A stretch of 64,000 nucleotides of DNA from Eledone cirrhosa (lineage: Eukaryota), in the NCBI GenBank assembly GCA_964016885.1, contig OZ024742.1, positions 352,594,001-352,658,000 on the forward strand, in the 5' to 3' direction. How positions within the stretch are numbered: the stretch's first letter is position 1; every line of letters begins with the position of its first letter. A program made the translations under genes and the position numbers. Below the pieces are notes generated by a model. It was not told the DNA's origin, ran no database searches, and saw only the letters and a program-made list of their open reading frames with translations. Shown here one piece after another: positions 36,950 to 50,800 of the stretch.

Positions 36950-38774
36950 CCTTGAATCTCAGTCATTGATGTTGGTTAACTGGAAAGTCCGTTGGATTGA
37001 ATATCAAGCCACTACCTGCAGCCTCAGATATTCAGGACGTATCGGAGGGTTCTTGCTGTTCCAAGCAAGCGTGCCTTTTGAAGCGTTCCAAAAAGCGTGA
37101 AGGGGCCGATTTTCTTTAACCATCCCTGGAAACCTTTGGAGATAGTCCCCAGTGCGCCTATGACAATCGGGATCACTTTGACTTCATGGCAGTTCCAAAT
37201 CCTTTTCACCTCCCACTTTAGGTCCTGGTATCGGTTAATTTTCTCCCTCTCCTTCTCTGGCACTCTCGTGTCGAACGGGCAGGCCACATCCACAATCAGG
37301 CACGATCTTTTTTCTTTGTCCACAACCACCAGGTCAGGTCTATTGTGTTCTTGTTTTTTGTCCGTCTGTATCCTAAAATCCCACAGCACCTTCACCTGAC
37401 TGTTCTCCATCACCGCCTCTGGCCTATGCTCATACCATTTCTCAGAATGTGGTAGATTGTTTACTTTGCACAGGTGCCAGTGGATCACCCTGCCCATCAC
37501 ATCGTGTCTCCAGCCCTTATAGTGGGTCTGGGCTAGGTGTTTACACTCGGACACAATGTGAGCCACAGTCTCCTCTCTCTCTCCACAGATCCTGCACAGT
37601 GGGCTAGCCTCCTCCTTGTAGATATGGTGCTTCAACCACTTCGTTTTGAGGGCCTGCTCCTGCGCAGCCATTAGCATTCCTTCTGTAGCCTTTTTGAGGT
37701 CTCCTCTTCTCAACCAGTTCCATGTCTGTGGATCTCTAAATTCAGTTTTCTCAAAGAAGGTACTATGAAGGGATTTTCCCTTAAGGCTGCTCTTCCTCCT
37801 TGATGTTATTTCCTCCTTGGATATCCCCTGGCCTACTGTCCCCTCCTTCAGTACAGCTCTGAGCATTGGCTCCTTACTATAGGTCACGTATTTGTATAGG
37901 TTGTTTTCTCCATCTGAACACAGTCCTCTATGCTGATAAGACCTCTTCCACCCTCAGATCTCCTTAGGTAGAGTCTATGGACATCACTCCTCTTGTGGAA
38001 CATGTTGTAGATAGTCAATAGCTTCCTAGTCTTCCTATCCATTTCTTTTTGTTCAGCAACATTCCATCTCAGAATTCCCGCACTGTACCTAATAATAGAC
38101 ACAGCTCGGGAATTTACTGCGCTTATGGCATTTCTGCTGTTCAGATGTGACTTCAATACGCTCCTTACTCTCCGAATGTATTCAGTTCTTAACAATTCCT
38201 TCATTTTTTTGTTCTTTATGCCATCAGCCTCCAGAACGCCCAAATACTTGTATCCTTCCTCAGAGTCAATTTCCTTTATTATCTCACCTGTTGGTATCTG
38301 GATCCCGTTACTTCTGCTCAACCTACCCCTCTTCATCACAATGACTCCACATTTACCAATACCAAACTGCATACATATATCACTGCTGAAAATACGGACA
38401 GTGTCAACAAGCACATCCAACTCCTTCTCACTTTTCCCGAAGAGCTTAAGATCGTCCATGAAGAGGAGGTGATTGATGGTAAGCTCTCCCCTTCCCAACT
38501 TGTATCCTGCTCTCACTTTTCGCAGCATAATGGTCAAGTTTCTGGTGTTGGTGAGATTGGTGTTGTTTGGCTGTTCTATATAGTATAGACAGAGGAGGGG
38601 GGGTTCTTCTTCTTCCATTTATAGCCATTTTCTTTTCTTGAATATACAATGTACAATACAAAGTTGAATATTTGAATATTTGAGCCTTATAACAATATAT
38701 TTTGGGTCCGAATTTTTTGGGGGCTCAAGCCGGATGCTTTACGTAACATTTGTACTAAGAGTTGTTATTTCACA
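36950..38774 (-). mobile_element. Family X internal-deletion derivative retaining both termini
   Basis: 38537-38774 matches 36689-36925 (5' end) and is fused to mid-RT at ..ggtca|ag|tttctgg; the RLE ORF 37024-37887 is open. Confidence 0.92.
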
Positions 38775-38826
38775 ATTATTATTATTAATATTATTATTAT
38801 TATTACTATTATTATTATTATTATTA

Positions 38827-39312
38827 CAGCTGCATTTATCTTGCGTTAAGTTCATACGATTTATCACCAAGTCACAACCAGTGACCTCAAGAGACAACAA
38901 GGTCCGCCATTTTCAAGAAAGAACATACATACTCACACATGCATCTTTAGGTGTTTAGACTTGTGATGTACTTATATTGACAGAATCTCCCTTAGTATAT
39001 GGGCAGTTCCCATTAGTACTATCTTTTGTATTTCTCCTAGACGCGGGTTTCCTGGGATTTGCGATAAGTAATCATTAGACCCCTTAGGTATCATTCCTAG
39101 GGCGCCTACAACCACAGGTATTGTTTTAGTTCTCAATTTCCACATTTTTCCAATTTCTATCTCCAGGTCCTTATACTTGCTCAATTTTTCAAATGTTTTT
39201 ATAGATACATTCTTGTCTATTGGAAAGGACATATCAATTAGCAGGCATACCCTCTTTTTAAAGTACTTCAATATTATATCAGGTCTATTTGCATCTATTT
39301 TTCGGTCTGTTT
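38827..39312 (-). mobile_element. Family Y, short 5'-truncated copy
   Basis: RLE C-terminus (38972-39271) and the same 3'UTR as at 28995; (TTA)n on both sides. Confidence 0.93.
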
Positions 39313-39384
39313 ATTATTATTATTATGATTATTATTATTATTATTATAATTATTATTATTATTATTATTATTATTGTTGTTATT

Positions 39385-42215
39385 CCTTGAATCTCAGTCA
39401 TTGATGTTGGTTAACTGGAAAGGCCGTTGGATTGAATATCAAGCCACTACCTGCAGCCTCAGATATTCAGGACGTATCGGGGGGTTCTTGCTGTTCCAAG
39501 CAAGCATGCCTTTTGAAGCGTTCCAAAAAGCGTGAAGGGGCCGATTTTCTTTAACCATCCCTGGAAACTTTTGGAGATAGTCCCCAGTGCGCCTATGATA
39601 ATCGGGATCACTTTGACTTCATGGCAGTTCCAAATCCTTTTCACCTCCCACTTTAGGTCCTGGTATCGGTTAATTTTCTCCCTCTCCTTCTCTTGCACTC
39701 TCGTGACGAACGGGCAGGCCACATCCACAATCAGACACGATCATTTTTCTTTGTCCACAACCACCAGGTCAGGTCTATTGTGTTCCAGTTTTTTGTCCGT
39801 CTGTATCCTAAAATCCCACAGCACCTTCACCTGATTGTTCTCCATCACCGCCTCTGGCCTATGCTCATACCATTCCTCAGAATGTGGTAAATTGTTTACT
39901 TTGCACAGGTGCCAGTGGATCATCCTGCCCATCACATCGTGTCTCCAGCCCTTATAGTGGGTCTGGGCTAGGTGTTTACACTCGGACACAATGTGAGCCA
40001 CAGTCTCCTCTCTCTCTCCACAGATCCTGCACAGTGGGCTAGCCTCCTCCTTGTAAATATGGTGCTTCAACCACTTCGTTTTGAGGGCCTGCTCCTGCGC
40101 AGCCATTAGCATTCCTTCTGTAGCCTTTTTGAGGTCTCCTCTTCTCAACCAGTTCCATGTCTGTGGATCTCTAAATTCAGTTTTCTCAAAGAAGGTACTA
40201 TGAAGGGATTTTCCCTTAAGGCTGCTCTTCCTCCTTGATGTTATTTCCTCCTTGGACAGCCCCTGGCCTACTGTCCCCTCCTTCAGTACAGTTCTGAGCA
40301 TCGGCTCCTTACTATAGGTCACGTATTTGTATAGGTTGTTTTTCTCCATCTGAACACAGTCCTTTATGCTGATAAGACCTCTTCCACCCTCAGATCTCCT
40401 TAGGTAGAGTCTATCGACATCACTCCTCTTGTGGAACATGTTGTAGATAGTCAATAGCTTCCTAGTCTTCCTATCCATTTCTTTTTGTTCAGCAACATTC
40501 CATCTCAGAATTCCCGCACTGTACCTAATAATAGACACAGCTCGGGAATTTACTGCGCTTATGGCATTTCTGCTGTTCAGATGTGACTTCAATACGCTCC
40601 TTACTCTCCGAATGTATTCAGTTCTTAACAATTCCTTCATTTTTTTGTTCTTTATGCCATCAGCCTCCAGAACGCCCAAATACTTGTATCCTTCCTCAGA
40701 GTCAATTTCCTTTATCATCTCACCTGTTGGTATCTGGATCCCGTTACTTCTGCTCAACCTACCCCACCTCATCACAATGACTCCACATTTACCAATACTA
40801 AACTGCATACATATATCACTGCTGAAAATACGGACAGTGTCAACAAACACATCCAACTCCTTCTCACTTTTCCCGAAGAGCTTAAGATCGTCCATGAAGA
40901 GGCGGTGATTGATGGTAAGCTCTCCCCTTCCCAACTTGTATCCTGCTCTCACTTTTCGCAGCATAATGGTCAAGGGCATCAGGGCAAGGACAAACAACAG
41001 AGGAGACAGGCTATCTCCCTGGAAGATACCTCTCTTGATCTTCACGCTTCCCAATGATACTCCAGTTCATGTCAACTCTGTCTCCCAGGACCCCATACTC
41101 CTGCCTAGCAACTGTCTGATGTTATCTGCCACCCTGAAGATCTCCAGGCTTTTGGTGATCCAGGAATGAGGCACCATGTCAAATGCCTTTCTGTAGTCTA
41201 TCCATCCCATGGCAAGATCAGTGTGTCTCCTCCTGCAATTCCCCATTACCATCTTATCAATAAGTAACTGGTCCTTTGTGCCTCGTGACTTCTTTCGGCA
41301 TCCTTTCTGTTCGTCCGGTAACAAGTTGTTTGTGTGGAGGTGAAGGTAGATTTCCTCAGACACAATGCTCGTCAACAGTTTCCACATTACGGACAGACAT
41401 GTGATAGGTCTATAGTTGGTAACATCATTACCCTTGATTCGGTCTTTCATTATCAGAACTGTGGTACCTTTTGTCAACCACTCTGGCACCTCACCCGACA
41501 CCAAGCAGTCATTGAACATGGCCGTCAGCTTCCGGTGGAGGGATGTTAAATGTTTAATCCAATACCCCTGCACACCATCTGGGCCTGGTGATTTCCAGTT
41601 GGTTAGTTTTTTGGCTTGCCCCTTAAGAGTTTCAACTGTGATACTCAAATCAGTCTGTTGTTGTGCCTTCTCACCGATCTCCCTCTGTACTGTCTCAATC
41701 CACCCTGCCTGGGCATTGTGTCTAACATCCTGCTCCCATATTCCTCTCCAGAATGTTTTAGCTTGTTCCGCCCCAGGGATCAAGTCGTTGCCTCTTTCTT
41801 TCCCCTCAAGCTGTCCAAACAGCATCTTCTGGTTGTTGTCGAACATGCGGTTCTGTTTATACTGACTGACTCTGTTCTCGTATCGCCTGATTTTGGCACT
41901 CTTTGCTACAATGCGTTGCTTCAATTCCTCTATGATAATATTTAGCTTTTTACTCCTAGTTTTGTATTTTATTTCCAGTCTATTTTTAGTGCCTATGTTT
42001 TTTAGTGTCCCATTCAGTAGTGACTCAAGCTTTCCTATGTCATTTCTCATTTCCCCGATTTGCCCACTCAGTCGCTTCTTCCACCACGGCTCTGCTCTTT
42101 CTTGTCTGTTGTTTCCTCTCGCTTTTATACCAAGTAGTTTCCTCACCGTATTTGCTGTTGCTTTGAGGATATTGTTGCACTGGTGAAGACTCCTCGCCTC
42201 AAGGTATGGGATGAC

Positions 42216-42221
<6 letters not shown>
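39385..42221 (-). mobile_element. Family X, 5'-truncated, least decayed copy
   Basis: ORF pieces 41067-42146, 39741-41054 and 39459-39728 are nearly contiguous (RT, CRIC..H..C, RPD nuclease). Confidence 0.95.

Positions 42222-42290
<69 letters not shown>
42222..42290. repeat. (TTA)n spacer; others at 27978, 28952, 32278, 36926, 38775, 39313, 47796, 52984 and 59004
   Basis: Read directly; nearly every element boundary from 26 to 59 kb carries this repeat. Confidence 0.97.
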
Positions 42291-45200
42291 GAATGCTATG
42301 GTTGACGGTGGCTCGGCTCTGTAAGGTATTGTACATTTTGACGGCTATGACAATTGTAAATTGTTTAAAACTTTAACCAAACTGTAGACAAAAACACCCT
42401 CCTCCTCGTGAGAGGAGTATTTCTGCCCGTTATTTGGCCTTCCGGGGTTAAATAACCGCTTATTGGGGTTTTGTGCCCAATATTTATTTAAAACAAAAAA
42501 AAACATGGTTACGAAAAATTATTTTCATAGGTCACTCCCACTCATTCCGTCCTATTCTTCCTCAATCGTCACTACAGCAGAGAGAAGATTGTCTCTCTCC
42601 CTCCCTTCTCTAAATGTGTCTCTCTCCCTCCCTTCTCTTTTGCAAGCGACGCCAGAAAAGAAAAATCACGTGCAAAGCGTGCAATATTTCTCCACGACGA
42701 CGACAACAACGACGAAAAAGGAGTCCGGGAAATACGAAAACCCATTTCATTCGGCTGACGTCAGGAATAATAGCAGTATCAGCCGTAATAACAGCAGCAG
42801 CAGCAACAGTGACAAGGAAAACAACAGTAGCAGCCGCAACAGCATCAGCAGCAGCATAAACAACAACAGCATTAGCAGCAACAACAACAGCCACAGCAAC
42901 AGCGGGTGGCGGCAGTAGTCGTAGTACCTGCAGCAACAACAAAAGTAACAGCAGCTCTGACGACAACAACAACAACAGCAGCAAAGAAAAACCAATCTTG
43001 TTTGCAGATATCGCAAAGAACCTGGAAACCATCCTCATAACAAATGAGGAATTAGAGGAAGCGAAGAAGATGGTGACAAAATCTGGACACCGAGCAATCT
43101 GCAAGGCAGCCGAAGAATGTTCCGAAACCCAACAGCACTGTACGGTCACGTACCCTACAGTAAGCACAAAATCCTGTAGGGTTGAAAGAGCCACATAGGC
43201 TCAAATACAAAAAGCCTTAGTGTCTGTGTGGCAGCGGAAAACGCACATCACCCGAGGCAAGAAATATGCCACCGTAGAGGTGCTTTTTTCCACACCCCAG
43301 GAGGCAAAGGCTCAATCCTTAGTGTTCCTAAGGAGCGAGGAAATGGCGTTGTTGCCTTCCTACTGCGGGCAAAACATTGTGACGGTCAAACTGACCCACG
43401 TCCACCCCCTCGGGATGGCCCCTTCTTGGCTGGCCGCGTCTGTCCTCGTCGGAATCGAGGACAAAACAACTGTACTGCAAGTACAGAAAAAAGTAAGAGA
43501 AGATTGGGTCGGCACCTCCATTGAGATGTTAATCCAAACCAACCAGGAGTGAGTGCATCGAAGCTATCCCGGGTGTGATAGACTTCGATACCGGAACTCA
43601 ACTGTCCATAAGTGTTGAGGGCAAACGCCCGAAATGCTTTCGCTGTGGATCGAAGACTCACCTCAGGGCCTTCTGCAACGAGAAGACCCTGAGAAAGGAG
43701 AAAACCCCCTCATTCCGAAACCGGCCCCACGGCTACCAGCAACAGGACAAGCGGCAACCAGGAACTATAGGTCCGTGGCACCCATACCCACGGCACGGAA
43801 ATCAAAAACAGCAGCAGCAGTGGAAGTATTAACAACAACAACAGCAATACCAAATGCAGCTGCAACAGAGATTCCAGTGCAAACATCATCAACAACAACA
43901 AGTGAAATAGTGGAGCTGGTACCCCTACCCGACCTCACATAATCAGACATGGAGTGTGAGGTGGGAGAGGGATGGCAAAAGGTCGTAAGAAGGCACAAAC
44001 GCAGAAGCAGCGCATCGTCGCCTTCGAAAAGCGAGGAAAGAAATGAAAAAAGGGTAAAGGCTATTGCAAAAAGACTCACAACAGCAACACCACCAACACC
44101 ATCACCACCCACACTAGCACCACCATCACCACCTGCGACAACCGCACCGCCAACAACAACAACACCTTCAACACCACAAGCACCAACATCGCAAACACAA
44201 CAAAACACACACACCCAGCAACAACAAAAAAAAATAGCAGAACCACACCACACCCCCAGAAAAACAAATGCACGGCAATAAATACACACAAGAAACTAAT
44301 GACTTACATAATTGAACACACAGACATTTCACAGCACGACTACATAATACCAGCACCAATCAAAACGCCAACTAACATAATACTGCTAAAAATAGCACAG
44401 AAACAATACACAAACATTAAAACGAAGTTCCCCAACGCAGTTGGTGATTTCAGGGACCTAGGAGGGACTCTCAACCGGAGAGTATATTCGGACATACTCA
44501 TAGAAGAGCCGACGACCAGCCGAAGGGAAGATTCAACGGTCCCTTCACTAGACGATCAAGTGAAAATGGATGGAAAAACCATCCTTCCTATACGAAAAGT
44601 ATGCTAAGTGGTCTTTCCCATCTTTTCCACTCTATTTTAAACATGACCTCACTCAGAATAGGCAGCATAACTGCGCGTGGCTTGGGGTAGTCATGGAAGC
44701 AGGGTCACCTGCTCAACGACCTCAGGTCACTAGACATAAATGTAGTGGCCATCAGCGAGACCAGAATCTCCGAAGCCTCACCAACCTGCTCAGGCATTTT
44801 AACTGTTTGACAGGTACCGATTGGATTTCCTGAATGTGCCAATGTGCATAGGGTCATCCAGATCATATCTAGATTGAGTATTTTGTAGGGAAATATATAG
44901 GTCTAGCATAGGCTTTCCACAATGCAAGATAGTCAGCTACACGGACCACAAATCCGTGATCTGTGTGCTTGACTTAGATAGGCTTCATAGACGAGGACCG
45001 GGCTACTGGAAGCTTAACGCGTCCTTACCAGCGCGCAAAGCCTACAGAGAACGGATTAGCAAACTAGTTAAGCGGGCGTTGACGGGGTCCATCGTCAACA
45101 ACAAGTGGTGGTTTGCTGTGAGAAGAGCGATTAGAATAGAATGCATTAGGTTTAGTAAGGCTTTAGCAATAGAGAAACATAGAGCAGAGGGAGAACTAGA

Positions 45201-47794
45201 TAGAAAATTAGACGAGGCGCTTAGCAAAGGCATCGCGACCGACGTGCTTGCGGTAAATTGGCCCTTGACCAATTCTTCAATGCCATGCTAATCGATCCCG
45301 GGCAAATGTGTGAAGCTTTTCAGCGACACTTCGCTCAGCTGTTCGGGGGCAGTGGTGGGCCGGGTCAAGGGATTGACTTTAGTGTCTACCTCGACGGACG
45401 GGTGCGGCTCTCGTCCACTGAGGCGGAGTTTTGCGAAACGCCGATAAAAACCCCTGAACTACGGGAGGCAATGACTGGCTGCACAAGGGGTAAATCGCCT
45501 GTTTGGATGGTCTGCCCTATGAACTTTACGTACAGATGCCATACTTGTTCAGAGGCCTCTTGGCGGACGTCTGCTGCAACTGGCAACAGAACGGGAGAAT
45601 TCTCTGCTCTGTGAGCCGAGGAGCGGTGGCACTGCTGAGAAAGGTTCCGAACAAGGGGGATAACATAGACAATTTCAGGCCCATATCTCTGCTAAACACA
45701 GAGTTCAAGATTTTGGCCAAGGTGCTAGCAAAGAGGTTCGCGCTTGTCGTTGGTGGTCTGGTGGGAAAGGCGCAGACATGCGCCATTCCCGAAAGATCCA
45801 TCCACGACAACCTCCATCTCATGCGATACATCATAGAGAGGGTTGCTAGGGAACATGGCACGGGTGGGTCCTTGATTAATTTAGATCAGTCGAAATCTTT
45901 TGATAGGGTCGACCATCGTTACCTAGCGGCAGTCCTGAGTGCGGCTGGCTTTGGGCCCGTCTTCAGAGGCTGGATCGCTGCCATGCACAGCGAGATCTGC
46001 TCTGTGGTGAGAGTGAACGGTCACCTTTCGGAACCGTTCAACATCATGCGCTCGGTCCGCCAAGGATGTCCCCTCTCGTCCCTCTTGTACGTATTGACTC
46101 TCGAACCATTACTGCACAATCTCGAGGCGTTGAGGGGCGTCCCGTGCAAACTAGGATGCGGAAGATCCGTGTCAGCATATGCAGACGATGTCACCGTAGT
46201 GGTTTCGAACGCCAAACACATCGAGGCGATCGGCATTACACTAAGAGAATACGAAGCGGTGACAGGAGCTATGATCAACCATGAAAAGTCAGTGGGCCTG
46301 CAGCTCGGCACCTGGAGAGGCATGTCCATGCAGTCCAACAGCGTCATCGGACGCTGGACGGACTCACCGGTTAAATTACTAGGGATCTGGTTCGGTCCGG
46401 ACCTCCAGACGGACAAAAAATGTGACGAGTTCACGAGCAGGGTGGCTTCTCTCACCCAGAAATGGGCGGAGAGGAAGCTATCCCTGAAAGGTCGAGCGGA
46501 GGTGGCTAATGCGTACATCGCGTCTGTTATCTGCTACCGCCTCACTGTCGTACCTTGTCCTAAACCCCGCCTGACTGCGCTGGAGCGTTTGCTCTTTCGC
46601 TTTTTGTGGAAGGGTCGCGCTCCAATGGCCAGGGGGTCCGTCTGCTGTCAACACCCGCTACGTTGAGGGCTGGGCATGCCGTGGCTGGTGATGCGCAGAC
46701 ACGCGCTCAGGCTACGACATCTCCACCTCTTCCTCGACGGTGATCAGGTGTGGTCGCCGTTTGCTAGACACGTCTTTCCCCAGCTCGTTTCCTTGACGGA
46801 GCTGCAGTCCTGGCTCAAGCGAAGACCGAAAGGGAGCGCCTGGAGACTGGAATGTCTTCAGGTGCTCACATCCCTCGACCAATGGGGCAATGTGATCGGT
46901 GGAAACTCGACCTCGGCGTACTATAGACGATTAGTGGATGGGAAGAGCGACGACGTACATGAGGGAAATCTAGGCGTCGACGAAAATCAACTAGCCAATC
47001 TTTTCGGAAGAACTTTCGGGCCGGGACATAAGGACAACTTCCAGAAATCTCTGGCCTGGCAGTGCTACCGAGGAGTCTTGCCAGGTCGGGATAAACTCTA
47101 CAGGCATGGAGGTGCCGTCAGCCGGGCATGTCCGAGATGCGCGCAGGGCAACGAAACCGTCCTGCACGCACTCGTCCAGTGTCCGAAAATGGCTGACTTG
47201 CAGGTTTATGTCGAACACCTGCTATCGCGTGTAGGACAGATCCGGCTATCTTTTAAGTCCATCGTGTAGATTGCCGCACCCTCTTCCTTTAGCCGGGAAG
47301 GGCAGGCAGTTTTTATCTGTCTGGTGGCTATGGCGAAAGAGATAGTATGGTGGACACGTTTGAAAGCGCTGAAGACGAGCACATACCTCTTCGGTGATGC
47401 CCTGATTAACTTTTTCAAATTTCATTTGAAAAGGAAAATCAGGGTAGAGAGGGAAGTGCTCTCTCCCCAGCATTTTTTTGAAAGTTGGCTGAGTGAAGCA
47501 AGAATTGCCTGAGTGAATGGGCCTATTCTGAGTACGTATTTGTAAATTAAAGGTGGAAAACTGGGAAGGGCACTCGCCTTGGTGGTCAGGGTCACTGTGG
47601 CCTTTTACTGGGCTTTCTCCACAAATGTCCCTCCGAATTCTCCCCCCTATTGGGGAATTTTTCATTGTTATTTTTTTGTTACATCCTCTGTTTTTGTTTT
47701 TTACGCGCAGAAATGCCCATTTGTACCGTCCTGTATTGTCCTGCACTGTCCATATTGTCTACTTTATGTAAACCCTTGTTGTTAATAAAGAAAC

Positions 47795-47795
<1 letters not shown>
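42291..47795 (+). mobile_element. Tx1 element type A, both ends present, decayed (copy A1)
   Basis: Type-A 5'UTR and ORF1 with stops (knuckle CFRCGSKTHLRAFC); ORF2 has deletions near 44775 and 45283. Confidence 0.95.
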
Positions 47796-47852
<57 letters not shown>

Positions 47853-50800
47853 GGCGTTCTACGTAGGAAATCGTATCATCGTGATCTCCGCAAATGTTTG
47901 TTATTTCCGTTTGTTAAAAATTGCCATTTATGGAAAATGTTTAATGTTAACTGTATATAAGCGCACATACATTGTTTTCCGAAAAGGACACCCAAAAAGA
48001 TTGGGCATTTGTGCCCAAAATTTAAACTTTTATGATTATCAAAAAAATTGTTTGAAAAAATCATGGCTAATTCAACTCTGCCCCAAGCAGCTGAGAGCTT
48101 TCCTCACAAACTAACACTTCAGACCGACACCACCAATGTAAATATTACTACGTTTGCCCACATTAAAAATTTAAGCAGTAGCAATATTTTAGATTTGTCT
48201 CAGGCAGACATTCATTTCCCGCCATTACCAATGACTGCAGGTGTTAAAGCCGCCACCACCACCGCGACAACCACCACCATCACCACCCCCGCGACAACAG
48301 AAACAAAATAAAAAAAAAATAAATTAACTCGTGATGTCCAAATGAATTCAACCAAAATGGACACTTCCACACCAAACACCAATGACGTCACCACCAGCAC
48401 AACTGAAACTAAAATTAATAATAACAAAAATAACGATAACAACAACAACAACAATGACATTAAAAAAACCACCCTGAGTTTTGCCATAGTAGCAAAACAG
48501 TGCGAAGCATTTCAGGTAACTCAGGAGGAATTAGAAAATGCCAAGAAAATGGTAAAGAAAGATGGGTACAGGGACAGCCTCACCCCCCAACCCCCCACGT
48601 AATAAAATGGAGCATCGGCGCCTATGCACCGTGTGGTATCGAACAATTCATGTAATATCGCGCCGAGTGAAACGGGCATCCGAGTCCCAAATCCCAAAAG
48701 CTTTGGGACATGTGTGAGCAAGAAAAACCCACATCACACGTGGGCAGAAGTATGGAACCGTGGACGTGTTCTTTGAAACAGCAGAGGAGGCTAGAGAACA
48801 CTGCATGGCCCCCATTAAGAAGTGACGACTTCACACTCGTCCCAAGATATTGTGGACAGAGAATCGTAAAGATCAGGGTCACCCACGTTCCACTGGCCAT
48901 CGAAATTCCCTGGCTAATAGCGGCCGTCCACGCAGGCACCGAAGCCAACACCAAGAAAATAGCAATAGCAAAAGAAAAGCAGGAGAACTGGTCCGGATCT
49001 GGGATGGAGCTCCCGATCCAAGCGGAACAAAAAAGCATTGAGGAGATACCAAAGGTAATAGACCTCACCGACGGCAGCGACCTCACCGTAATTGTCGAGG
49101 GCAGAAGGCCTAGGTGTGTCGTTTGTGTTGAAGGAACCCACCTAAGGGCTTTCTGCCCTCAAGCTAAAAGGTTGAGGCCACCTCTCCTAACTACACCAGT
49201 GACTCAACCATCAACGCCACCAGTAGCAGAGATGGCAGCAACAACTGTAGCAGCAACAAAAGGAGCAACTATAACAGAAACAACCCCAGCAACAGTAGCA
49301 AAACCAACACCACCACCACCCAACGCTTCAGAACTAGCACCAGCGCCTACACCATCCACCACGCCACAACCAAAACTAACGCCTGTGGAGGATTTACCAC
49401 TCCCCGGCCTATCACAACTGGAGAGAGATTGTGACGACGAGGAGTGGGAAACGGTATCAGGAAAAAAAAAAGAAACTAAAAAAGAAAAAAATTCTCTTCC
49501 GTCCCCCTCCAAAAATAAAATACAGAGGGAGACAAATAAACTATCAAACAAAAAAGTTAGTACAGGCATGCCACCATCCACACCAACATCACCAACCCCA
49601 TCACCCCAAACACCAACACCATCACCACCATTAACCCCAACACCACCATCACCTACACCACAAAAGTCACCAAAATACGAAACAGAAACAAACCCACAAC
49701 GAACGCAAACAAAACAAAACAACCAAAACGATACACACTACACAGCATTAAATTTGAACAACAACCAATTATTACACTACATATAACACAACACCAGCAT
49801 CACAGAAAAATACTACACAACAACCCAAAATTTCACACCACCTCCACACATACAAATCACTCGCATCACACAGAAAACGTACATGACACTAAAACAAAAA
49901 TTTCCCAAAGACATCGGAGATTTCCGACAAGCACTCTCCAGGAGGATTTATAAGGACATCCTTCCTGAGGTGGCCACAAGCAGTGAAAAGGATGGAGAAA
50001 CCGTCCTTCCTCTACGAGAAGTAAGGTAAGTGGTCTTTCCCATCTTTTCCACTCCATTTCAACATGACCTCACTCAGAATAGGCAGCATAAATGCGCGTG
50101 GCTTGGGGTCGTCATGGAAGCAGGGCCACCTGCTCAACGACCTCAGGTAACTAAACATAGATGTAGTGGCCATCAGCGAGACCAGAATCTCCGAAGCACG
50201 GGCCTTCGCACCGATCTTCGGCGGCTACGATGTGTACGCAACTCCCAGCCCTCCGGGATCGGTGTTAGGAGTTGCTGTGCTATTTCGGAGAGGTTTGGAT
50301 CTTGCCATACAGGCCATCTTCCTGGACCCAGAAGGTAAGTTGGTGGTGCTGGACGTGACTAGCGGAGACGGGCAAGCTTTCAGGTTAGTGGCCGTCTATG
50401 CCCCGACAGGAGCAGGGCGGCCTGATTTCTTCCGGCGTCTGGAGACCTTTCTTGGAACGTCCCGCTCTTTAGTGTAAGTGGGCGACTGGAACGGGATCTT
50501 AGATGCACGTTGGGATTGTGTGGGATTAGTGGATAGGGGAGAAGCGTGCAAGAGCCTCACCAACCTGCTCAGGTGTTTTACTGTATGACAGCTACCGATT
50601 GGATTTCCCGAATGTGCCAATGTGGAGTTGGACAAATAGCATAGAGTCATCCAGATTATATCTACATATATTATTTTGTGGGGAAATAGATAGGTGTAGC
50701 CTAGGCTGTCCACAATTCGAGATAGTCAGCTACACGGACCACACATTCGTGATCTGTGTGCTTGACTTTTATAGACTTCATAGACGAGGACCCGGCTATT

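Noticed and set aside
37884-38618. MEEEEPP-RT fusion ORF as a spliced or domesticated gene
   Set aside because: The junction lacks GT-AG, the upstream frame is closed in the full-length copy, and a frameshift follows.
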